Below, piece after piece: positions 14,130-20,920 of a stretch of 32,000 bases of DNA. Source of the DNA: Nitrososphaera viennensis EN76 (GTDB lineage: Archaea; Thermoproteota; Nitrososphaeria; Nitrososphaerales; Nitrososphaeraceae); the NCBI RefSeq assembly GCF_000698785.1, contig NZ_CP007536.1:330001-362000 (forward strand), given 5' to 3'. Each line of letters begins with the position of its first letter. Within the stretch, counting starts at the first letter, position 1. The notes below the pieces were generated by a model that saw nothing but the letters and a program-made list of their open reading frames with translations, was not told the origin of the DNA and ran no database searches. The position numbers and the translations under genes were made by a program.

Positions 14130-14552
14130 GTGAGCAAGAAAACCCAAGATAAGCAGATAGATCAGCAAGAGATAATGAAACTCCTAAAAGACCCAATTAT
14201 AGTCAGGATAGTAACAGTTCTGGACATCGCCAACCTTTCAGTTCTCGAACTGTTTGAATACGGGCTGACTAGGGAGGATGTAAACCATGCCATAGTCAGC
14301 GGCGTAATAGAGTTAGACCAAGCAAGGCTGCCAAAAGGCGAGCTTGATACATATGCTGAAGGTTTGCATGCTATTGCAGGAGACGTTTATTTCCAGCAAT
14401 TTCTAAGAAGCAAGGCCCGGCTCACACGGTTGGGACTCTTCCTTCTGGATTGCATTAAGAGCTGCCAGACAGAGCAGGACATAATTGAGAAAGTTATGGG
14501 GAGATTTGGTACGGGAATGTTTAGACCGCCGGAGCACCCGCACAAACCATGA
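14130..14552 (+). CDS. Putative winged-helix (ArsR-like) DNA-binding protein
   Basis: LLKDPIIVRIVTVLDIANLSVLELFEYGLTREDVNHAIVSGVIEL resembles an ArsR/wHTH N-terminus. The GTG start at 14130 lies 25-35 nt after the TATA-like box; an alternative ATG is at 14175. Confidence 0.55.
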   Translation: MSKKTQDKQIDQQEIMKLLKDPIIVRIVTVLDIANLSVLELFEYGLTREDVNHAIVSGVIELDQARLPKGELDTYAEGLHAIAGDVYFQQFLRSKARLTRLGLFLLDCIKSCQTEQDIIEKVMGRFGTGMFRPPEHPHKP

Positions 14553-14671
14553 CGCTCTTTGACTCCCCGGTTCCCTGACTATTGTCCCTAGCTGTACCAC
14601 CTTTGATCAGCTTCGCGTATATCAAAAGTGGATTGATTGATGACTTGCTCCTCTTTGTATTGCCCGACATC

Positions 14672-14691
14672 TGCATCTGCACTGCATTGCA
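14672..14691. promoter_or_regulatory. TGCA-array motif (four units) upstream of the RDD operon
   Basis: tgcatctgcactgcattgca. An A/T-rich ttctaatagga (14706-14716) precedes ATG 14730. Confidence 0.65.
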
Positions 14692-14729
14692 GTGAAATCC
14701 TTGTGTTCTAATAGGATAAGCTGGTAAAA

Positions 14730-15311
14730 ATGCACATGCCTCCAGATCCGAGTAGTCGACCTGATGGAGCCGAAAGGGGTCAACATCCAGCGCAACAACC
14801 AGAGATAATTTTAGCAAGGTGGAGCACAAGATTCTGGGCGTGGCTTGTTGATTTCCTGATAGTAAATGCCGGTTTGGGAATTATTTTCGGCATACTGTCC
14901 ATGCCGATGTGGCTTTACGGATTCACGAATCCCGGGATGATGTCGCCGATGTATGGTAGCGAATGGTGGAATAACGGTTTTGGTGGGCCATTTAGTTTTG
15001 CTATAAGCAGCCTGGTATTTTTTGCGTATTGGACATACATGGAAGCAAATCACAATGGTCAGTCGATAGGAAAGATGCTTCTGCGCATCAAAACTACGGA
15101 TCTTGAAGGCAAGCAAGCGAATACGACAAGCATCGCAATCTCTAGCTTTGGAAAGGCCTTTCTGCTGCCAATAGACGTATTCTTTGGTTGGATATTCACA
15201 AATGACAAGAGGCAGAGATTGTTAAGCAGAGCTGCAAATACTATCGTGATAAGAGCTACGGATGACGACACCGGAAGAGCACGGAGTAGTGCTAGATATC
15301 AAAAGGAGTGA
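14730..15311 (+). CDS. RDD-family membrane protein
   Basis: ARWSTRFWAWLVDFLIVNAGLGIIFG ... GQSIGKMLLRIKT ... RQRLLSRAANTIVI. The pattern and the three TM segments are typical of the RDD domain. Confidence 0.8.
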   Translation: MHMPPDPSSRPDGAERGQHPAQQPEIILARWSTRFWAWLVDFLIVNAGLGIIFGILSMPMWLYGFTNPGMMSPMYGSEWWNNGFGGPFSFAISSLVFFAYWTYMEANHNGQSIGKMLLRIKTTDLEGKQANTTSIAISSFGKAFLLPIDVFFGWIFTNDKRQRLLSRAANTIVIRATDDDTGRARSSARYQKE

Positions 15312-15315
15312 GACA

Positions 15316-15963
15316 ATGAGGATGAAAAGAGGACACATTGTGCTTGTATCCGGCGCTGTCCTGCTAGTCTCAGGAATAGCGATTTCTGTAGTATGGGGCG
15401 TTTCCTTTGCTGGCTCTTTTCTCCGAGATAACACCATTGTAGCAAAGACCACTATAGACGCGGGAAAATCAGTGGATGCAAGAACGGAAGTCAATCAACT
15501 GGATAGGCCTATTTCTATAGCAATTAGTATCGACAGATCTGGAGCGTTGCTACAACAGACATCCTCCTCCTCTGACATCAGGCTGAAAGAAACAGTGACA
15601 GATCCTAATGGAAGAGTCGTAAACAGCAATGAATTTGGAGGCACCTTCTTTACAAGTTTCAAGCCGCAAGAACCCGGTGTCTACACTGTTACTGTGTCAA
15701 ACCTTGGATCCAAACCTGTCACCGTCAGTGGAGTATTTGGCTACATCTCGTTCATAGACTCCGACGGGCAGCCCAACATGGAGGCTCTGGAGGTAGAAGG
15801 AGGAGGACTCGGTCTTGTAATTGCAGGCGGAGGAATGGCCGCTGCGGGAGTTCTAATACTGATTGTGGGAGCCATAATCACGGCGATTGATGGCAGAAAA
15901 GAGAAGCAAAGTGGCACGACAGCTACCACCGGCGAAAACGGCATCAGGTACCGGAAAGATTAG
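15316..15963 (+). CDS. Hypothetical bitopic membrane protein (N- and C-terminal TM helices around a beta-rich extracytoplasmic domain)
   Basis: The start is set at ATG 15316, 5 nt after the RDD stop. TM segments are IVLVSGAVLLVSGIAISVVWG and GLGLVIAGGGMAAAGVLILIVGAIITAI. Confidence 0.6.
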   Translation: MRMKRGHIVLVSGAVLLVSGIAISVVWGVSFAGSFLRDNTIVAKTTIDAGKSVDARTEVNQLDRPISIAISIDRSGALLQQTSSSSDIRLKETVTDPNGRVVNSNEFGGTFFTSFKPQEPGVYTVTVSNLGSKPVTVSGVFGYISFIDSDGQPNMEALEVEGGGLGLVIAGGGMAAAGVLILIVGAIITAIDGRKEKQSGTTATTGENGIRYRKD

Positions 15964-15980
15964 GAGTGCGCGAGTAGTGC

Positions 15981-16502
15981 ATGAAAGCAATCGTCCTCTT
16001 TGACACGCTCTTTGGAAATACCGAGAAAATAGCCCACTCTGTCACAAAGGGCCTGCAAAAGGCAGGGGTTGAAGCCGAATGCGTTAACATCAGAGCAGCA
16101 AATGTAGAAAAGCTTCATGAGTACGACCTTCTGGCATTGGGCGCGCCAACTCAATACTTTACGGCCTCCAAATCCATGAAGGACTTCTTGGACCGAATGG
16201 TGGAACTGGATTTGAAGGGCAGATGTAGTTTTGCTTTTGATACCAAGCTAGATTCTTTCATGGCTGGAAGTGGCGCCAAGTTCATCGAAAAGAGGCTCCG
16301 GGAATCTGGGCTTGACATTATCCGTAAACGTGGCTCTGCCCTGGTTATTGGGCAAAAGCAAAAGGAAGCAAAGAAGGATACGCTGAGTAATGCCACTGGA
16401 AAAGTCGTGCTCAAGGAGGGAATGGAGAATCAGTTTGAGGCAATTGGGGAGGAGCTTGGCGAACTCTTGCAAACTAGCAAGAGAAAGGTGGTGGGAGTGT
16501 GA
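15981..16502 (+). CDS. Flavodoxin-like fold protein
   Basis: MKAIVLFDTLFGNTEKIAHSVTKGL...YDLLALGAPTQYF is the classic flavodoxin FMN-binding N-terminal loop (S/T-x-x-G-N-T-E). Confidence 0.8.
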   Translation: MKAIVLFDTLFGNTEKIAHSVTKGLQKAGVEAECVNIRAANVEKLHEYDLLALGAPTQYFTASKSMKDFLDRMVELDLKGRCSFAFDTKLDSFMAGSGAKFIEKRLRESGLDIIRKRGSALVIGQKQKEAKKDTLSNATGKVVLKEGMENQFEAIGEELGELLQTSKRKVVGV

Positions 16503-16503
16503 C

Positions 16504-17031
16504 ATGATAGAAGAACGCAATAACCAATTTTCCGGCTGGGCAGAAAAGGAGTTTAATAGAGATTACCTGAAGCGCTCAGAAAGAGGGGGAGAGCTTGTAG
16601 GAGTGGCTGCAGTCGGGCTAATCGCGCTCTTTTTTTACATGCACCAAGCGTGGTCTACAGGCTTTTTCACGTCTCGCTTTGGTCCGACTGAGGCCTTTTT
16701 CTTCTATGGCTCGATTATGGCTGGCATAGTCGGGCCGCTTTTCAGATCTGCGACTGGGAGGAGAAACCTCTCCCGGCTTCCAGAGATGATAGCTTCGGTT
16801 TTGTGGATGGTTGGCGCAGTGTGGTTGCTAATAGTCTTCCCGTTCAACTTCGCACATCTGGGTGACGTGGTGCCAACCGTTCTGCGCTTCCTGCTAGCAT
16901 GGATTACAAATGACATTGCAAGAGTTCTCTTTACTCTTGGTGCACTGGGAGGGGTAGTCTTTACAATCGTGAACGCCAGTCTCTATTGGAAGGTCGATAG
17001 GTTACTGCGTCAGCATGATGAAGCACACTAG
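16504..17031 (+). CDS. Hypothetical integral membrane protein (about four TM helices)
   Basis: ATG 16504 lies 2 nt after the flavodoxin stop. Hydrophobic segments are VGVAAVGLIALFFYM, FFFYGSIMAGIVGPLF, IASVLWMVGAVWLLIVFPF and VLFTLGALGGVVFTIV. Confidence 0.6.
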   Translation: MIEERNNQFSGWAEKEFNRDYLKRSERGGELVGVAAVGLIALFFYMHQAWSTGFFTSRFGPTEAFFFYGSIMAGIVGPLFRSATGRRNLSRLPEMIASVLWMVGAVWLLIVFPFNFAHLGDVVPTVLRFLLAWITNDIARVLFTLGALGGVVFTIVNASLYWKVDRLLRQHDEAH

Positions 17032-17081
17032 GAAGCATGGCATTCTTTTGAGCATGGGGCTAGGAAAAATTGACAGTGCCC

Positions 17082-17104
17082 GTCCTGCACTGCAGGACAG
17101 TGTA
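17082..17104. promoter_or_regulatory. Palindrome plus TGCA-array variant upstream of the cupredoxin-like gene
   Basis: gtcctgca-c-tgcaggac is a perfect 8-bp-arm palindrome (17082-17098). In 5-bp phase the region reads TGCA, TGCA, GACA, TGTA (17086-17104). It could also be the terminator hairpin of the preceding gene. Confidence 0.4.
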
Positions 17105-17153
17105 CTCTACTCGTTAATGAGCGCGTTAAGAGAAAAACAACTACTGATATAAT

Positions 17154-17615
17154 ATGTCCCACATCCTGCCGTATAGGGTCAGTGATGGTAAGCTGGTGTT
17201 GCTTGCATTAGTGGGAATGGTGGCTGCATTTGGCATACTGCTTGTCTTTGTGAGTGGCGGCGCGGTGAGGCACGTCTCCATATTCCTGCCTGAAAAGACA
17301 GAAGATACGATAGCCTTTAGGAATATCGACGGTGAAGTACAGGTGGTGGGCATCAAGGGGATTGCAGGCGTGAACCCAACCTTGCTCACAAGGACGGGCG
17401 ACTATGTACTGGAACTTACTGTCATAAACGAGGATGATAGAATTCATGTGCTCTATATCGACGGAGGCGCGCATACCAAAGTACTCCGACCGGGCGATAG
17501 CGATGTGATAACGTTCCACTCAAAAGAGGAAGCGACGTACAACTATTATGATTGGGGTTCGGGGAGAGGGCCACTCGGCCAGATTCAAGCAATCAAGGTA
17601 ACGATGTACGAATAG
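17154..17615 (+). CDS. Membrane-anchored cupredoxin-like protein lacking a type-1 copper site
   Basis: N-terminal TM helix (LVLLALVGMVAAFGILLVFV). NPTLLTRTGDYVLELTVINEDDRIHVLYIDG...LRPGDSDVITFHSKEEATYNYYD...GQIQAIKV follows the cupredoxin strand pattern. The protein contains no cysteine at all. Confidence 0.55.
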   Translation: MSHILPYRVSDGKLVLLALVGMVAAFGILLVFVSGGAVRHVSIFLPEKTEDTIAFRNIDGEVQVVGIKGIAGVNPTLLTRTGDYVLELTVINEDDRIHVLYIDGGAHTKVLRPGDSDVITFHSKEEATYNYYDWGSGRGPLGQIQAIKVTMYE

Positions 17616-17980
17616 CAGAAGTCCCGTTTGTTCGTCGTGATGTCCGCAATTGAAAAACTCTGCAATGCCATCCATCAAAACTAGACCAGTTTGTGTCCGG
17701 CTAGTTACATGATTTTGAACTGCATAAATTGTAGCTTTTTTTGATAAAATGTCCTCATCATTCTAGAATTTTACAAAAGTGAATCTTTGCCTTCCGATTG
17801 TTTCAAGCTATTGCGTCTTTCAGAGCTTGGTTAATCCGACTGATGGACAACAACTCCAGCTATGTAGCATACTAAGGCAGCTGTGTTTTTGAGCTTTTTA
17901 GTCCGAATTTTGCCATTATGTGAGAAGAATCAATTAAGAACTTATCGCCATGCTTGGCAAAAAGCTGAGGAAAAAAGGCC
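17616..17980. other. 365-bp AT-rich non-coding spacer at the compositional boundary
   Basis: I found no ORF longer than about 18 codons on either strand. It separates the AT-richer island from the GC-richer right-hand part. Confidence 0.6.
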
Positions 17981-18412
17981 TCATGCTATTCTTCTTTGCG
18001 GCTTGCTCGTTTTCCTGCCTGCATAGGCTATCAGGACTTCGCCATAGTCGTCCTCGGAATCCTCCGGCTCCACACACACGCCCTCTGACACTCCGGACCT
18101 TTTCTCGTAGGTGCCTGCAATGGGAAACTTGCAGTTGTTGCCGTCGACAACCGTCATCTTGAATTTGTACTTGCGCCAGTTTCCCCACTTGGGCGTTCCC
18201 ACCGGATCGCATGTGCAGCCTTCAGCGCACAGGTGGCCTTCTATCGGGGTGGTCCTGCTCTCGACGGACCTTTTTACAAAGTCGACGAGCTTCTGGTCGC
18301 CCTTCAGGGTCTTGTTGCAGTTTGCTCCGCCATTGACTGGAAACTTTGTCGTGAAGCGGATGTTTCTCACTTCGTATACCTTTACCTTGCATTCCTTGTT
18401 GCATGGAGGCAT
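17981..18412 (-). CDS. Hypothetical Cys-rich protein (143 aa)
   Basis: MPPCNKECKVKVYEV...GHLCAEGCTCDPVGTPKWGNWRKYKF...NNCKFPIAGTYEKRSGVSEGVCVEPEDSEDDYG. It has 9 Cys, no signal peptide and an acidic/basic C-terminal tail. I recognise no family. Confidence 0.55.
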   Translation of the reverse strand: MPPCNKECKVKVYEVRNIRFTTKFPVNGGANCNKTLKGDQKLVDFVKRSVESRTTPIEGHLCAEGCTCDPVGTPKWGNWRKYKFKMTVVDGNNCKFPIAGTYEKRSGVSEGVCVEPEDSEDDYGEVLIAYAGRKTSKPQRRIA

Positions 18413-18474
18413 ATTTTGTGTCTACCCGTGGATTGAACATGAATGTAATAAAGTTACTGTACATAGTACCTGTG

Positions 18475-19317
18475 TCAGCTTTTTGTCGTTGTTGCAGTCG
18501 CCACAAGGACGTCCCACGGGAACATTATCCTGCCGTCGTTTTTGACAAAGCACTGCGCCTTTTCCTCTGCTTCTTTTTTTATTTCTGCCACTATCTGCAA
18601 GCCTCCTGCCTCTATCTTTGGCCGTATGGCGGCCGCTGTCGTCGACATGTAGTCTGACCAGTACTCGGAAAAAGTCCCTGCCTCGTAATCGAATACAAAT
18701 TTCCTGACAGCCACGCCTGCAAAGCCTGCTGCTGTCAATACATTTTCAAGGTCCTTTGGGTCGCCAAAACGGTGCACCGTCGGCGCACCTTCCGGCCTGA
18801 TGTCCGGCATGCACTTTAGCACCGGCTCCATTATTGTGCTGAAATAGGGCACCCCCTGCGCCGTGCCATGCACCGCGACTGCAATCGTGCCTCCTTCTTT
18901 GAGGAGCAGGCGCAGTTCTTTCAGAACACGCACCGGCTCTGGAAAGAACATGAGAGCGTACTGGCACAGCACCCTGTCGAACCTGGCGCGCAGGCCAATG
19001 TTCTCCGCGTCCATCTCTACAAAATGGCCTGCCTGAACATTCTCTTTTGCTATCTTGAGCGCGCCTCTTGCAAAGTCAATCCCGACAAGCATCCCAGACG
19101 GCCCAAGGCGCAAAAATGCCTCTCTTGAAACGGCGCCAGTGCCGCATGCAACGTCCAGCACGAAATCGCTTTCCAAAATGCCTGCCGCATTTACGAGCTC
19201 TTTTGTCGACCGAAACGGCCCGCGTCCTGCGCCTGCCCAGCCATCGTGGTAATCGCGCGCACGGCTGTTCCAGTTGTCAATCGAGTCTTGCTTGTATTTC
19301 GTGGGGTCGTAGGCCAA
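18475..19317 (-). CDS. Class I SAM-dependent methyltransferase
   Basis: Motif I VLDVACGTGAVS, post-I LVGIDFA, then DRVLCQYALMFFPEP...LKEGGTIAVAV. TTG start at 19317. Confidence 0.85.
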   Translation of the reverse strand: MAYDPTKYKQDSIDNWNSRARDYHDGWAGAGRGPFRSTKELVNAAGILESDFVLDVACGTGAVSREAFLRLGPSGMLVGIDFARGALKIAKENVQAGHFVEMDAENIGLRARFDRVLCQYALMFFPEPVRVLKELRLLLKEGGTIAVAVHGTAQGVPYFSTIMEPVLKCMPDIRPEGAPTVHRFGDPKDLENVLTAAGFAGVAVRKFVFDYEAGTFSEYWSDYMSTTAAAIRPKIEAGGLQIVAEIKKEAEEKAQCFVKNDGRIMFPWDVLVATATTTKS

Positions 19318-19356
19318 GCGTCATAAAGTTTTAATGCCTTCTTATTTAATCATGGC

Positions 19357-19551
19357 ATGTTGAAAGAGTTTCGCGTTCTTTTGACCTGCAACGTCTGTGG
19401 CGAGACTTTTGACTCTGACTACAAGCTGATAAAGCATATGAGCAATAGCCACCCGCAACCAGAGAAGACCGGCTGGATGGGAGGCGAGGGCGAGCACAAC
19501 TGCAGCTGCGGCGGACAACACATGCACGGTCACCAGCACTACCACGAGTAA
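19357..19551 (+). CDS. Small C2H2 zinc-finger protein with a His/Cys-rich C-terminal tail
   Basis: LTCNVCGETFDSDYKLIKHMSNSH (C-x2-C-x12-H-x4-H), then HNCSCGGQHMHGHQHYHE. Confidence 0.7.
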   Translation: MLKEFRVLLTCNVCGETFDSDYKLIKHMSNSHPQPEKTGWMGGEGEHNCSCGGQHMHGHQHYHE

Positions 19552-19558
19552 CACGACC

Positions 19559-20149
19559 TTGAAAGCAGAGAAACTGTTCTTCATTTACGTTGCCCGCAAC
19601 GACGAATGGGTGCGCCTGCAGGCCGAGGACTGGGGCTACGTCTCTACGATGACGCGCTTTTTCAAGTGGTGGGTAAAGCGCTACTATGACTTTGAGATAG
19701 CCGTGGAGGCGGACATACTGCCGGTGATACCAGGCAAACTGTTTGACAGGATGTCGCTTGCGCTTTTCCTTCGCGACCACGAAAGCAGGGGCAAGGACGT
19801 CTACCACTTTTACCTGACGCCGTTCAAGCCGTTTTTCACAGACTGCAAGACTGAAGGCTACACCACCGACCACTTTGGCCTTGCGTTCTGGAACAGGCCA
19901 AAGGAAGGGTCGGAGGCCAAGCGCAACGCAATGTTTGCGGAGGAAAACTGCCCGCGCATTTCCCACGTGCTGTCGCACGAGATCCTGCGCATGCAGGGGC
20001 GCAAAAAGAAAGAGTACTTTGAAAACGTCCATGACCTGTGGAGGCAGCACAAGGAGAGGGGCAAGCCGTTCCTCTACTTTGACAGCCAGTTCAAGCGCAC
20101 TACAAGCGACGGCTGCAAGTATGCCACCATCGATGCGAGCGGCCTCTGA
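19559..20149 (+). CDS. Hypothetical protein (196 aa)
   Basis: TTG start 8 nt after the zinc-finger gene. The composition is protein-like (Trp/Tyr/Phe-rich: FFKWWVKRYYDFEIAVEADILPVIPGKLF...). No family recognised. Confidence 0.5.
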   Translation: MKAEKLFFIYVARNDEWVRLQAEDWGYVSTMTRFFKWWVKRYYDFEIAVEADILPVIPGKLFDRMSLALFLRDHESRGKDVYHFYLTPFKPFFTDCKTEGYTTDHFGLAFWNRPKEGSEAKRNAMFAEENCPRISHVLSHEILRMQGRKKKEYFENVHDLWRQHKERGKPFLYFDSQFKRTTSDGCKYATIDASGL

Positions 20150-20174
20150 CCGGAAATAGTTATGTGCTCCTTGA

Positions 20175-20468
20175 GTGCACAGGTTTGCGTTGGCGTCGGG
20201 CCTTGAAATCCTTGCCAAGTCGGGCGCAATAGTGTCTACGGCAGGCGTGGCGCTGCTCGTGGCGTTTATCGCCGTGCTCCTTGCGTTCCCCGTGGCCAAG
20301 ACCTGCGAGGAAGGGAGCAAGTGCGAATACGCATCATCTGCGCCAGAGCAGCTGCAGACTGTATTCAGCCAGGGGTTCTTTGCACTGTCGCTCATCGTAA
20401 TTGCGGCAGGGATACTGATGATCCGCTACAGCCGCTGGCGCGAGTCCAAGGCGGCTACGCAGGGCTAG
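20175..20468 (+). CDS. Hypothetical membrane protein (two TM helices)
   Basis: GTG start. TM segments are AIVSTAGVALLVAFIAVLLAFPV and FFALSLIVIAAGILMI. Confidence 0.45.
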   Translation: MHRFALASGLEILAKSGAIVSTAGVALLVAFIAVLLAFPVAKTCEEGSKCEYASSAPEQLQTVFSQGFFALSLIVIAAGILMIRYSRWRESKAATQG

Positions 20469-20521
20469 CTAGGTAGTCCGCCGGCTGCTATAAATACGAG
20501 GGAGCGCAAAATTCCCTGCAC

Positions 20522-20920
20522 TTGATCGCCTTTACCAAGGCTGAAAAAGAGTTCCTGCTTGCAAACGAGGCGTGCAGGGTTGCGACCTGCCACGACAACA
20601 TGCCGCACGTGGTTCCCGTGTCGTATGTGTTTGAGGGCGGCGCGTTCTACTTTGCCACCGACCTTGAAACCCGGAAGCTGGAGAACCTGAAGAAAAATGA
20701 CAGGGTCGCGCTTGCAGTTGACGTCTACGACAATTCGGCTGGCAACAAGGCAATATGCGTGCAGGGCAGGGCCGAGATAATCGAGGGCGGCAAGGAATTT
20801 GCGAGCCTCTACAGGATCTTCCATGACAAGTTCGCATGGGTCAGGCGCGACCCGTGGAAGGAGGGCGAGGCGCCCTTTGTGCGCGTAGTCCCGACAAACA
20901 AGGTCAGCTGGGGCCTATGA
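20522..20920 (+). CDS. Pyridoxamine 5'-phosphate oxidase (PNPOx)-like flavin/deazaflavin-binding split-barrel protein
   Basis: FLLANEACRVATCHDNMPHVVPVSYVFEGGAFYFATDLETRKLENLKKNDRVALAVD is the typical PNPOx-family pattern. The TTG start lies 26-35 nt after TATA-like ctataaatac. Confidence 0.75.
   Translation: MIAFTKAEKEFLLANEACRVATCHDNMPHVVPVSYVFEGGAFYFATDLETRKLENLKKNDRVALAVDVYDNSAGNKAICVQGRAEIIEGGKEFASLYRIFHDKFAWVRRDPWKEGEAPFVRVVPTNKVSWGL

Noticed and set aside
19346-20395. Longest ORF in this region (349 aa, minus strand), antisense to three plus-strand genes.
   Set aside because: The translation is Arg/Ala/Ser/Cys-rich and low in Lys, Ile, Asp, Glu and aromatic residues in any domain-like pattern, which is typical of a shadow ORF in GC-rich DNA. 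The plus-strand ORFs contain a clean C2H2 finger, protein-like composition and TM helices.
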